In this document: one piece after another, positions 49,501 to 59,127 of the stretch
Position numbering within the stretch: position 1 is the first letter of the stretch
How the letters are laid out: each line of letters begins with the position of its first letter
Source of the DNA: an uncultured Kiritimatiellota bacterium
GTDB lineage: Bacteria; Verrucomicrobiota; Kiritimatiellia; RFP12; DVOR01
Direction: 5' to 3'
DNA length: 64,000 nt
NCBI GenBank assembly: GCA_944389945.1
Contig: CALXOF010000001.1
Location: 3,016 to 67,015, forward strand
Position numbers and translations under genes: made by a program
Notes under the pieces: generated by a model
What the model was told of the DNA's origin: nothing
Database searches by the model: none
Seen by the model: the letters and a program-made list of their open reading frames with translations, nothing else

Positions 49501-50275
49501 AGGCCCGCAGGGCCCCCACCGTCTCGGCCACGTCGTGCACGCGCACCAAATCCGCGCCCTGCGCCGCCGACCAGAGCGCTACGCCCACGCTCGCCGCGGC
49601 CGTCCCGCCCAGAAAACGTTTCCGCGAGGCCGCCACTAGCCAGGGGCGTTCCCCCGCCGCGAACCGCGCCGTCGCCCCCACCAAGCGCCACGAATCCGCG
49701 TGCGACTTCTCAAATCCCAGACCCGGGTCCAAAGCCACCTGCCGCACGTCCACCCCGGCCTCGGCCAGGTGCGCCACGGCCGCCGCGAGTTCGGATTCTA
49801 TTTCCGCCGCCGCGTCCGCGCGGTCTGCGACCTCGCCCCGCGGCGTCCACCCGCGTCCATGCATCAAGACATAACCCGCACCGGTCTCTGCCAAGAGCGT
49901 TGCCATTCCCGCGTCGGGATTCAGACCCTGCACGTCGTTCACGATGTCCGCGCCCGCCTCGATGGCCGCTCGCGCCACCGCCGTGCGCCGCGTGTCTACC
50001 GAGATCAATCCCTCCGGACACGCCCGGCGCAACATCCGGATGGCCGGCGTCACCCGCGCAATCTCTTCCTCGATGGAGACCGCCGCCGCCCCAGGCCGCG
50101 TCGATTCTCCGCCGATATCCACAATCAACGCGCCCGCCTCAAAGGCCGCCGCGCCACGCGCCGCCGCGTCCTCCGCGCTCGCCGCGCGACTCCCCGCGAA
50201 GAACGAATCCGGGGTTACATTGACAATAGCCATCACCTCCGGCCCGCGCAACCGCACGGCCCGTCCACGGCACAT
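49469..50275 (-). CDS. folP: Dihydropteroate synthase
   Basis: 'VMAIVNVTPDSFFAGS', 'VDIGGESTRPGA', 'ISVDT'. Start chosen at 'MCRGRAV...' (cat at 50273-50275). Confidence 0.9.
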   Translation of the reverse strand: MCRGRAVRLRGPEVMAIVNVTPDSFFAGSRAASAEDAAARGAAAFEAGALIVDIGGESTRPGAAAVSIEEEIARVTPAIRMLRRACPEGLISVDTRRTAVARAAIEAGADIVNDVQGLNPDAGMATLLAETGAGYVLMHGRGWTPRGEVADRADAAAEIESELAAAVAHLAEAGVDVRQVALDPGLGFEKSHADSWRLVGATARFAAGERPWLVAASRKRFLGGTAAASVGVALWSAAQGADLVRVHDVAETVGALRAFERAEEAAHV

Positions 50276-51300
50276 CCAAATCTTATCCGCCTTCCTCTGC
50301 ATTAGCAGAAGTATAGCAAATCCACCCCCGCCCACAAAACGGTTTTTTGGAAGTTTGGAAGCTTAGAAGTTTGGAGGAGCCACAGAGGTGAAAGCCCGAC
50401 CCGCCGCCCCTGGCGGCGATGAGACCGAACGCTGCGCGGCTATCACCGTGCAGGCCCAAAGGGCCAAACCTTCCACGGCTAAGAACACGAAGAACCACAA
50501 AGGTACACAAAGAGCACGACGCAGGGGGCGGGCCGTGCGTGTGCGCAAGGCGCACGTCTGGCCCGGGGGCCTGAAGGGGCATGGCGGGCTTCGCACGCCA
50601 TGCTTTGGTTTTGGGGAGTCCTCTGGCGTCAGCCCCGTCCTATAGGTCTTATACGTCCTATATGTCCTACCGCGTCGCCATTTGGTACGTTGGTGCAGGG
50701 GCGGCTTGGAAGTTTGGTCAACGGCCTTGTCCGTCGCGCGTTTACGCGCGCTCCTGCATCTCCTGCATCTCCTGCATCTCCTGCTGGGGTGTCCTTCTGG
50801 CACGTCCGCAGGGCGTGCCGCCGGTGCAGGTGCAACTTGCACCTGCCGGGGTCAAGGGGCGGCGCCCCTTGCGGGGCGTGGGGCAGCGCCCCACACCCTT
50901 CAATCAACCAATCAGCTAATCAGCCAAAATCCCCTTTGTGTCCTTAGCCGTGGAAGGTTTGTCGCTTCGCGCCTGCACGGTGTCCTTTGTGATTTCCAAT
51001 CCATTCTGGCAGTCCTGCCGGCGGTAGCCGGCCCAAAAATCTGCTCTAATCTGCGCAATCTGCGGTTCCTCACACTGGCAGTCCTTCTCCCTTCGTGCCC
51101 CTTCGTGCACCTTCGTGTCAGCCCCGCAGGGTAAACCTTCCACACCCTCCCAGCGGCTCCGTCCCTTGCGCCTTTTTGTGTCTTCGTGGAAAGAGGGAAG
51201 CGATTTTTCTTGCATACTGGCTCACGTTATGCTATCTTCTTCACCCGCAATGGAAACCCAGCCAGGTTTCCGTCACCCATTTGTTTACGAGAAAGCAAGG
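50276..51300. repeat. Mosaic repeat block
   Basis: ttggaagcttagaagtttggagg octads, ggtctcatcgccgcc module reverse-complemented, ataggac octads, degenerate triple-hairpin module, aatcagctaatcagcc heptads, gattagagcagattttt module. Confidence 0.7.
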
Positions 51301-51308
51301 ACCATAAC

Positions 51309-51572
51309 ATGCCTAACATCAAGAGCGCCGCCAAGCGTGTGAAGACCGCCGCCAAGGCCAACCTGCGCAACCGCTCCGTCAAGAGCGAGCTCCTTACCTA
51401 CCGCAAAAAGGTCGAGGCCGCCATCGCCGGTGGCGACAAGACCGCCGCCTTCGCCGCCGTCTCCGCCTACGCTTCCAAGCTGGACAAGGCCGCCAAGAAG
51501 GGCGTGATCAAGCGCAACACCGCTGACCGCAAGAAATCCCGCACCGCCCAAGCCATCGCCAAGATGGCCTAA
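51309..51572 (+). CDS. rpsT: 30S ribosomal protein S20
   Basis: 'MPNIKSAAKRVKTAAKANLRNRSVKSELLTYRKK...' with an AAGGA ribosome-binding site. The track start at 51186 is rejected. Confidence 0.95.
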   Translation: MPNIKSAAKRVKTAAKANLRNRSVKSELLTYRKKVEAAIAGGDKTAAFAAVSAYASKLDKAAKKGVIKRNTADRKKSRTAQAIAKMA

Positions 51573-51612
51573 CCCGCCCGCGCCGCCGCGCGGCGTAGGC
51601 CGGTCCATGGCT

Positions 51613-51662
51613 CAATGGGACAAGAGAAGGGGCGCCCTCAGGCGCGCCTCTTCTCTTTTTTT
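51613..51662 (+). terminator. Probable terminator after rpsT
   Basis: GC hairpin ggggcgccctcaggcgcgcc followed by tcttctcttttttt. Confidence 0.5.
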
Positions 51663-51723
51663 GTCTTTTCTCCCCTCGCGCAAGGGTCAATGCGCACCCC
51701 AAAATCCCTAAATCCCCCTTCCC

Positions 51724-51834
51724 AGACCCTATAGGGGTCGGCCCCGAGACCCTATAGTGGTCCGGGTTGAGACCCTATAGTGGTCCGGGTTGAGACCCTA
51801 TAGTGGTCCACTGCGAGACCCTATAGTGGTCCGG
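51724..51834. repeat. Palindrome array (copy 4, variant): five gaccctatagtggtc units at a regular 24-bp period, without the aacccttaagggt ends
   Basis: Units begin at about 51724, 51747, 51771, 51795 and 51819. Spacers of 9 nt are ggccccgag, cgggttgag, cgggttgag, cactgcgag. Confidence 0.8.
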
Positions 51835-52620
51835 GAAGGGGTGGCGTGCACCACCCCGGAGAACAGAGAACGGAGAACAGAGAACAGAACGCGCGGCAAG
51901 CGCGCGACGGACAAGCCGCTGGAAGGGTGTGGAGGGTTTACCCTGCGGGGCTGACACGAAGGTTCACGAAGAACCACGAAGGCACACGAAGACTGCCAGA
52001 ATAGTTGAAATCACAAAGGACACCGTGCAGGCGCGAAGCGACAAACCTTCCACGGCTAAGGACACAAAGGGGATTTTGGCTGATTAGCTGATTGGTTGAT
52101 TGAAGGGTGTGGGGCGCTGCCCCACCCCCCGGCAGGGAGAAGTTCTCCCTGCACCCCCGGCACGTCTGCGACGTGCCAGAAGGACAGCGCGGTAGGACAT
52201 ATAGGACGTATAGGACCTATAGGACGGAGCTGATGCCGGAGGACTCCCCAAAAACCAAAGCATGGCGTGCGAAGCCCGCCATGCCCCTACAGGCCCCCCG
52301 GGCCGGACGAGCGCCTTGCGCGCACGCACGGCCCGCCCCCTGCGCCGTGCTTTGTGTCCTTCGTGTCCTTTGTGATTTCCAATCCATTCTGGCAGTCCTG
52401 CCGGCGGTAGCCGGCCCCGAATCGGCTCCAATCGGCGTAATCGGCGGTTTCCTTATTCTGGCAGTCTCAGGCATCGCGGTAGGACATATAGGACCTATAG
52501 GACATATAGGACGGCGGCTGACGCCGCTTGCACAACGATTTTGCCCGTCGCGCGCTTGCCGCGCGCTCTGTTCACTGTTTTCTGTTCTCTGTTCTCTGGG
52601 GCGCGTCAGCGCCCCAATTG
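51835..52620. repeat. Mosaic repeat block
   Basis: GAGAACG tracts, gcgcgcggcaagcgcgcg hairpin, tgattagctgattgg, triple hairpin, ataggac octads, gattacgccgattggagccgattcgggg module. Confidence 0.7.
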
Positions 52621-52662
52621 TGGTATCATTAGAGGCGACTTTGAGAGAAGGAGCAGACCGCG

Positions 52663-53463
52663 ATGACTTGGGGATTTTCCTCATTTGAGACGCGCTTCCG
52701 CTGGGCGGCGGCGCTATGGGCGATTCTGATGACGGTGTGGTGCATGAGCCCGCTGCCGTGGCAGGCACGCGCCATTGGCGGTTTGGTGTGGGTGGCCATT
52801 ACGATTGGTGTTTCGTTGCGCTTCTCCTGGTGGCGTCCGCGTTTGCCGCGCGATGTGCCCATCTGCCTGGTGGCGGGGGTCGACGTTGCGCTCTTGGAGC
52901 CGCTTGTGCGCAACCTTTTGGCCGCCGGTTACCGTTTTCAGACCGTGGGCGAGGCGTTGGAATCCCCGGCGCGCAAGGCTGTGGTGCTGACCTTCGATGG
53001 CGGCACGCGCGACCACTTCACCATCTTGCTTCCCTTCTTGCGCCGGATGGGCGTGAAGGCCACCTGCTTCGTCTCCGACAGCGGCATGCGTGACGCCGAG
53101 CACCTCAAGCCTATGGAGATGCAGGAAATGGTCCGCTCCGGCCTCATCGAGCTCGGCGGCTGGCTGGATGTCGCGACGGACGATCCCGCGGCTCTGCGCC
53201 AGGCCGTCGTGCGCGGACGCCGCTGGCTGACCGGCGTCACGGGGCGTCTGCCTATGGCCTTTGCTTACGCGCCCGGTCCCCATGCCGCGGCCCTTGCCCA
53301 AGCGGCACAAGAGGCCCATTACCGTCTGGCCCTTACCGAGGGCACGGGGCGGCCGCAACCCTTCGACAAGGCTCCCTTCGCGGTGACGCGCCACCGTATT
53401 CCCGCCGGACTGCGTCCGTGGCAGGCCTATCTTCTGGCGACGCGGGGGCGTTACCGGTGGTAA
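52663..53463 (+). CDS. Polysaccharide deacetylase (CE4/NodB-homology) with N-terminal TM helices
   Basis: 'VVLTFDGGTRD' motif 1 and an Asp/His-rich catalytic region. Preceded by an extended -10 TGTGGTATCAT and a GAAGGAG Shine-Dalgarno. Confidence 0.7.
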   Translation: MTWGFSSFETRFRWAAALWAILMTVWCMSPLPWQARAIGGLVWVAITIGVSLRFSWWRPRLPRDVPICLVAGVDVALLEPLVRNLLAAGYRFQTVGEALESPARKAVVLTFDGGTRDHFTILLPFLRRMGVKATCFVSDSGMRDAEHLKPMEMQEMVRSGLIELGGWLDVATDDPAALRQAVVRGRRWLTGVTGRLPMAFAYAPGPHAAALAQAAQEAHYRLALTEGTGRPQPFDKAPFAVTRHRIPAGLRPWQAYLLATRGRYRW

Positions 53464-54356
53464 GGCGGGCGCTTAACTTCTGCGCGGCGGTCGCCGTCGC
53501 GGCGATGGTGGGGTGCGAACGCCCCACTGTGGAGCCGCCCGCGAACCCCGATGCCCCGCTAGAATCCGACGTGGTCGCCGCGGTGGACGATGTCACGCTG
53601 ACCTGGGGCGAATTGGCGCGTCTGGCCCCGGAGGGCAACACCGATGCACGCCGTCAGGCTGTCCAACTTTTCCTTTACGAATCCCTGATTGCCAAGGAGG
53701 CGCAGGCCCACGGTATTGTCTTGGACGATGCCGCGTGGCGCACCTTCTCCGCTCAGTTCGCCGAGGCGACCGGCCTCTCTCCGGAGGCCTATGCCCGAGC
53801 TCACGGCGACGCGGAAATCTTGGCGGCTTTGCGCAGGGAGGCGCTGTCGCGTCTCTTCCTGGAACGCGTTGTCTACAAAGACATCAAAGTGCCTCCCTCG
53901 GTGGAAGAGGAGAACCGCGCGCGGGCCGAGGCCGAGGCGAATGAGGTGCGCCGCAAGATGGTGAGCCTACAGACGCAGGTCGCCATGGGTGCGGACTTCG
54001 AGGCCATCGTGCGCGAGCACTCCACCGCCACCGAGCCTATTCGCGTCTCGGTGCAGGAGATGGAAGAGAGTTGGCCTCCGGAATTGATGCGGGTCGTGAC
54101 GAGTCTGCCCATCGGCGCCGTGACGGATGTCGTGGAGATGCTGGGCGGACTGCTCATGTATCAGGTGGTGGCACGCGAGGGCGACGTCTTCACCCTGCGC
54201 GTCCTCTCCATGAACCTGCCGTTGCCCAACAAACAGGTGGCCGACTACATCTTCCAACAACTCCGCGAAGAGGCCTACTGGGCGTGGTTCCAGGATGCCT
54301 TCACCCGCCATCACGTCCGTTGCCCCCTCTTCCCAGACCTCGCCCCAGCGCAGTGA
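53457..54356 (+). CDS. SurA-N/PpiD-like periplasmic chaperone, probable lipoprotein
   Basis: GTG start overlapping the upstream stop. 'RRALNFCAAVAVAAMVGC' signal. SurA-N-like helical domain followed by a PPIase-like segment 'VVTSLPIGAVTDVVEMLGGLLMYQV'. Confidence 0.5.
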   Translation: MVRRALNFCAAVAVAAMVGCERPTVEPPANPDAPLESDVVAAVDDVTLTWGELARLAPEGNTDARRQAVQLFLYESLIAKEAQAHGIVLDDAAWRTFSAQFAEATGLSPEAYARAHGDAEILAALRREALSRLFLERVVYKDIKVPPSVEEENRARAEAEANEVRRKMVSLQTQVAMGADFEAIVREHSTATEPIRVSVQEMEESWPPELMRVVTSLPIGAVTDVVEMLGGLLMYQVVAREGDVFTLRVLSMNLPLPNKQVADYIFQQLREEAYWAWFQDAFTRHHVRCPLFPDLAPAQ

Positions 54357-54563
54357 TTCTCCACGAAGACACGAAGTGACGCAAGGGCCTGGGCACTTCA
54401 CCGTTCGGCCCGTTGGGCCTCACTACCGTGCCCATCCCTTGCGTCTCTGACGTTTCTTGGAGACTCTGCTTTTAAGATAAGAAAGGCGTGCGCGAGCACG
54501 CCCGAGATCTACGTTGCCCAATCTGGCAGTTTGCAAGCCTTTTCTTACGCCTAATGGCACGCT

Positions 54564-55892
54564 TTAGTGAAGTTTGTAACGAAGTCGCAACGGAAGCTCG
54601 CGCTTGGCATCTTCGTTACCATTCTTCGCACTTTCATAAAGCCACGTTTCTGCCAATTCCCGAGATTGAGGAACGCCCCATCCCATCTTGTAGCACTCCG
54701 ATAATTCATATTGGGCCCTGGCATGGTCTTGATTTGCGGCTTTTTGGAACCACTCTGCCGCGACTTTGCGGTCGCGTTCAACGCCATCGCCGACCTTATA
54801 TCGGATTCCAAGCGTAAATTGCGCATCGGCGTTCCCGGCGTCTGCGCTCTCCCGCAAATACGTCACTTGTTCCTCTGGCGTTCCTTCATCCCATTGCCCT
54901 TTAGCAAGCAATGCACCAAGGCAACCCTGCGCGACGTAATCCCCCTGTTGGGCGAGCGCTTCCACCCATGTAAGGACGAGTGGGAACTGCTGTAGGTCAG
55001 ACGAGGACATCTCCGTCACTCTATCAATCAACGCCTGCTTGGCCGTTTCATCGCCTTGTTTGGCGGCGGAGAGGAGATAACGAGTCGCGGTCTCTTGTGA
55101 GAGAGGAAGGTCTTCCCCTTGCGCGAGCTTGATAGCGACGCGGGCTTGGGCCGCGGTATTGTCGTTTTGGGCGGCGGCGAGGAGCCAGTCGCTGGCCTCC
55201 GGGTGTTTTGCCAGGGCCTCATCGCCGGCGGCGATGCGCCTGCCGAGGAGGATACGTGCCATAAGCATATCCTTCATGTTGAGCAACCATGCCGAAGGAA
55301 GTTCTTCCGGGCTAGGTTCCCATTGCTGGCGATAGGCCATGGCGATCAGTTGCCGTTGAGCATCCAGTCGACCCCGAACGGCGGCCATGCGATACCATGC
55401 CGCGGCCTCCTTGTAGGAGCGCGGCACAGTGAGATAATTGTTCGTGTAAACCGCGTTGTAGCGCGACTGAGAGCTAGACCCATTCAGGTAGGTCGTGGCG
55501 ACCCAGATTATCAGATCGGTCGAACCGACGTCGGCGAGTCTCTGCTTGGCCGCCTCGAAAACGAGCTTCGCCGACACTTTGCTTGCCACAAGGCAATCGG
55601 AGAACGCGTCCCCATGCAAGGGGCAGTTCTCTATCTGTGCGGCGGGTGCGACGCCCAGACCGAAGTCTTTGCAGAGGGTTAGACGACAAGCCACGCTCGC
55701 TTTCACGGCGTCATTGTCGCGGCGTGCCGCCTCTTGATAATACGCGTAGGCTTGGCCCCAGTCGCCCGCTTGCAATGCCGCATTGCCCTTGTCAAAGAAC
55801 TGCTCGGCGCGATATTCGCGAAGTTTCAGATAACCGACGGGGGCCGCAATCAGCGCCACCACTTCAATACCGAACAAGATTTTCGAAAGCAT
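54564..55892 (-). CDS. Membrane-anchored Sel1-like repeat (SLR/TPR) protein
   Basis: N-terminal TM helix 'ILFGIEVVALIAAPVGY'. Multiple Sel1 repeats ('AQFTLGIRYKVGDGVERDRKVAAEWFQKAANQDHARAQYELSECYKMGWGVPQS'). Confidence 0.75.
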   Translation of the reverse strand: MLSKILFGIEVVALIAAPVGYLKLREYRAEQFFDKGNAALQAGDWGQAYAYYQEAARRDNDAVKASVACRLTLCKDFGLGVAPAAQIENCPLHGDAFSDCLVASKVSAKLVFEAAKQRLADVGSTDLIIWVATTYLNGSSSQSRYNAVYTNNYLTVPRSYKEAAAWYRMAAVRGRLDAQRQLIAMAYRQQWEPSPEELPSAWLLNMKDMLMARILLGRRIAAGDEALAKHPEASDWLLAAAQNDNTAAQARVAIKLAQGEDLPLSQETATRYLLSAAKQGDETAKQALIDRVTEMSSSDLQQFPLVLTWVEALAQQGDYVAQGCLGALLAKGQWDEGTPEEQVTYLRESADAGNADAQFTLGIRYKVGDGVERDRKVAAEWFQKAANQDHARAQYELSECYKMGWGVPQSRELAETWLYESAKNGNEDAKRELPLRLRYKLH

Positions 55893-55902
55893 GGCCGCCT
55901 CC

Positions 55903-57120
55903 TTACGCGAGGACCCAAACCACGGCCCAAGCCGCGACGGCGGCCACGCCGCCCAACGTGGAGAGCGTCGCCCAGACGCGTTTGGAACGGCGTTCGTCCA
56001 GGATGGACTGCTTGGTCTTAAGCAGTTTCGTGATGGCTTCCTGTTTCCATCCCGCGGCCCGTGAGGTCGGCGCGGTCAAGGCCTTGAGCGCTTCGACGGT
56101 CTTATCGATGGCAGGAAGGATCTGCGGCTTACGTACCTCCGCGATGGTGGGTCGCAGGGTCTTGCACAAGGTTTCAGCGAAATTACACTCGTCGTCTGTG
56201 GTGGCGATGCCATCGTCGCTCTCACCCGAAGCTTCCAAGAACCAATGCAAACGCAAGGTTTCGGTTGCTGCACGGCAGGCACGCAAAGTCTCCTTAAGCA
56301 CATTAAAATCACTTTGTCGAAGCTCTTGGCAGAAAAGTCGGACCCGTGAGACAAAGGCTTTACGCGTCTGCCGACAGGCCGCGATGGCCTGTTGTACCAC
56401 CGGCGTATCCACCAAGCACCGGAGCATCAGATTATCCATGCCGATGGTCGTGTCGGCCGTGCCAAGGGCCGAGACCGCAAGCACGTCCAGATTCGGATAG
56501 TTCCCCGCAATCAAGGGTAGGTGCTGCGCCACGAAGGCGCGCGGGTCCAGCTCCACCGTGTCGGGGCTGAGATAGCGGTCAATCTGCGTGAGGAGCAGGG
56601 TCACCTTCGGGTGCGTGTGGAGACGGAAGAGGAAGTCCAGGCACGCGTTCGTCACCCACACCGCGTCCAAGTTACTCGGGGTTGTCTCCAGATTCTCCGC
56701 GTCCGCCAGATTGAAGAGCACGAAGACTTGGTCGGACTGCGTCAGGTGGCCCAAGAAGGCATCCAATTCCTCTTGGTTCGCGGCAATACGCTCCGAGAAG
56801 GAGACGGGATCCTGGTTGTCCACCTCATCCAAGAAGGCCAAGCGATAAATCTCGCCCGGATAGTCCAGGATGTCGCAGGTGCGCTGGGGCTTGCCGCCAT
56901 AGCACGCACTCCAGGCCAGGCGCCGCAAACTCGTGGTCTGGTGCGGCAACGACTCCCCTTCCAGTTGCTCCGGGAGCAACGTCAGGAAGCGGAAGGCCTC
57001 ACGCGTCTCCGGTCGCAACGACCATCCCGTCCGCTCATGCGCCTTGAAGGTCTTGACCAACGCCATCGTCAGCACCGACTTACCGGAGCCCTCAACGCCC
57101 AAAAAGGTAATGTTTCCCAT
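55903..57120 (-). CDS. Tail-anchored Ras-like small GTPase (TRAFAC class) of unknown function
   Basis: G1 'GVEGSGKS', G3 'DYPGE', G4-like 'LLTQID', G5 'VSALG'. About 180-aa helical region, then a C-terminal TM helix 'TLGGVAAVAAWAVVWVLA'. 10-nt gap to the Sel1 gene. Confidence 0.6.
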   Translation of the reverse strand: MGNITFLGVEGSGKSVLTMALVKTFKAHERTGWSLRPETREAFRFLTLLPEQLEGESLPHQTTSLRRLAWSACYGGKPQRTCDILDYPGEIYRLAFLDEVDNQDPVSFSERIAANQEELDAFLGHLTQSDQVFVLFNLADAENLETTPSNLDAVWVTNACLDFLFRLHTHPKVTLLLTQIDRYLSPDTVELDPRAFVAQHLPLIAGNYPNLDVLAVSALGTADTTIGMDNLMLRCLVDTPVVQQAIAACRQTRKAFVSRVRLFCQELRQSDFNVLKETLRACRAATETLRLHWFLEASGESDDGIATTDDECNFAETLCKTLRPTIAEVRKPQILPAIDKTVEALKALTAPTSRAAGWKQEAITKLLKTKQSILDERRSKRVWATLSTLGGVAAVAAWAVVWVLA

Positions 57121-57456
57121 GGTTCTCCAACGCTTTCTGCTTTGGGCCGACGCACTGCACGCGCCCGCCTCAATACGGTACGTATGCTAGCACATTAAGT
57201 GAAGCTCTGGCAAACCGTGGGAGGCTGGTGAGTAGAGGGGAGAACGGAAAACGGAAAACGGAGCGTGCAGGCGCAAGGCGCCAAACCTTCCACGGCTACG
57301 GAGCGCCCCTGCAGGGCGACGGGTGAGAGCGTTCTATGGAGCGGCTCTTTGCCAGTCGCGCGCTTGCCGCGCGTTCCGTTCTCTGTTCTCCGTTCTCCGT
57401 TCTCCGGGGCGGCGCAAGCCGCCCTATTTGCCTAGGGGGCGGGGATTTGATAGACT
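57121..57456. repeat. Divergent promoter region built of repeat modules (GAGAACG tracts, gtgcaggcgc(a/g)aggcgccaaaccttccacggc module)
   Basis: Lies between the GTPase gene (minus strand) and gspF (plus strand). Confidence 0.6.
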
Positions 57457-58707
57457 GTGGGCATTATGGCGACGTTCAGTTACGTGGCGCTGAATAAACA
57501 AAAGGCGAAGGTGTCGGGGGCGATAGAGGCCGCCGACCGGCGGGGTGCACTCGCGTCGCTGAAGGGGCAGGGGTTGATGCCGCTCTCCATCACGGAGGAA
57601 CAGGGCGCGAAGAAGGCGTCGCAGACGCAGGCTTCGTTTTGGAAGCTTTCGTCGGGCCCGGCGAAGAAGATGAAGCCGGGCGAAGTGTTGCTCTTTACCT
57701 CCGAGCTGGCAGACCTGATTGAGGCCGGCATGACGTTGGGGGCGGCGCTGAACTCCTTGGCGAACCAGGGCGACCCGAACAGCGGCATCTGCGTGGTTGC
57801 GGCTGATTTGCGCGACCGGATTATGCGCGGCGAGGCCTTCTCGGACGCGGTGGGGGCGCACCCGGATACCTTCCCGGCGATTTATGGCAACATGGTGCGC
57901 GCGGGCGAGGCCTCGGGCGCGATGGTGGAGGTGTTGCGGCGTCTGGGCGAGCACTACGAGCGCAACCAGTCGATGCGGAGCAAGATTATCTCGGCGCTGA
58001 CCTATCCGTGCATTGTGTTGGGTATGGGCGTGCTGGCGGTGATCTTTGCGATGGTCAAGATCGTGCCGCAGTTCACGGAGCTTTTCTCGAGCATGGGCAA
58101 GGAGCTGCCTTTGCCGACGCGGATGCTGATGGGGATGAGCGAGGGGCTCATCAAGTATGGCGTCTTCATCGGCATCGGGCTGGTCTTTGGCGTCGTCGCC
58201 CTGCGGAAGTGGTGCAAGGGCGCGGGGCGCGCGCGGTGGGACCGCTTCAAGCTTCGGATGCCGTTGGTGAAGGGCTTGGTGGCGAGCGGGGCGTACGCGT
58301 CGCTGGCCTATACGTTGCAGACGCTCTTGGCCAACGGCGTGAACGTGCTTCAGGCGCTGCGCATCTCCGAGGAGACCTGCGGCAACGCCGTGATCGAGGC
58401 CGAGTTGCGCAAGGCTCGCGAACGCGTGACCGACGGCACCACCATCTCCGGTCCGCTGGCGCAGAGCGGCGTCTTCCCGCGCTTGATGACCGACATGATG
58501 GCCCTGGGCGAGCAGACGGGCAACCTGCCCGGCGCCCTTGGCCGCATCGGCAAGCGTTATGAGGCCGAGCTTAATCGCAACATCAAGATTTTCACCACCG
58601 CCTTGGAGCCCATCTTGATTCTCTTGGTGGCGCTGGTGGTGGGTTTCGTGGCCATCGCCATCCTCTCGGCGGTCTTCTCCGCCACCTCGGCGATGGGCCA
58701 GGCCTAA
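57457..58707 (+). CDS. GspF/PilC-family inner-membrane platform protein (T2SS/T4P)
   Basis: Two T2SSF domains. 'FSYVALNKQKAKVSG...' N-terminus typical of GspF. Three TM segments. Start may be Met4, at 57466. Confidence 0.85.
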   Translation: MGIMATFSYVALNKQKAKVSGAIEAADRRGALASLKGQGLMPLSITEEQGAKKASQTQASFWKLSSGPAKKMKPGEVLLFTSELADLIEAGMTLGAALNSLANQGDPNSGICVVAADLRDRIMRGEAFSDAVGAHPDTFPAIYGNMVRAGEASGAMVEVLRRLGEHYERNQSMRSKIISALTYPCIVLGMGVLAVIFAMVKIVPQFTELFSSMGKELPLPTRMLMGMSEGLIKYGVFIGIGLVFGVVALRKWCKGAGRARWDRFKLRMPLVKGLVASGAYASLAYTLQTLLANGVNVLQALRISEETCGNAVIEAELRKARERVTDGTTISGPLAQSGVFPRLMTDMMALGEQTGNLPGALGRIGKRYEAELNRNIKIFTTALEPILILLVALVVGFVAIAILSAVFSATSAMGQA

Positions 58708-58728
58708 CTTGAAGGAAAGGGACAGAAC

Positions 58729-59118
58729 ATGAAGGTCAAGAACCGCAAACTCCGCCGCGCAGGCTTCACCCTGGTGGAACTCCTGCTCGTGATCACCATT
58801 CTGGGCATCCTCGGCACCGTGGTGGTGATGAACTTCGGTGATGTGGGTGGCGATGCCCGCAAGGAAACCACACGCCAGTCCATCCTGGCCATCGACCAGG
58901 CCGTGACCGTCTACAACACCAAGGTCGGCCATATGCCCAAGGACATCAGCGATCTCACTAAGCCTATCAACGATAGCAAACAAGGGTTGCTGAAGTCCAA
59001 AGATGTCAACGATGCCTGGGGCAATCCCTTCGAGTTCAAGATGGAAGACGGTTCGTACACCATCCGTTCCGCCGGCCCTGACGGCCAGATGAACACCGAA
59101 GACGACATCACGAATTGA
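58729..59118 (+). CDS. GspG-like major pseudopilin with class-III (prepilin) signal
   Basis: 'RRAGFTLVELLLVITILGILGTVVV' cleavage/methylation motif. 'DAWGNPFEFK...YTIRSAGPDGQMNTEDD' GspG-type C-terminus. Confidence 0.8.
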   Translation: MKVKNRKLRRAGFTLVELLLVITILGILGTVVVMNFGDVGGDARKETTRQSILAIDQAVTVYNTKVGHMPKDISDLTKPINDSKQGLLKSKDVNDAWGNPFEFKMEDGSYTIRSAGPDGQMNTEDDITN

Positions 59119-59127
59119 GGACCGGCC

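Noticed and set aside
51724-51834. Possible CRISPR array
   Set aside because: Repeat of 15 bp and spacers of 9 bp are far too short. The spacers are near-identical. No cas genes in the window. Interpreted as a palindrome or MITE-like array instead.
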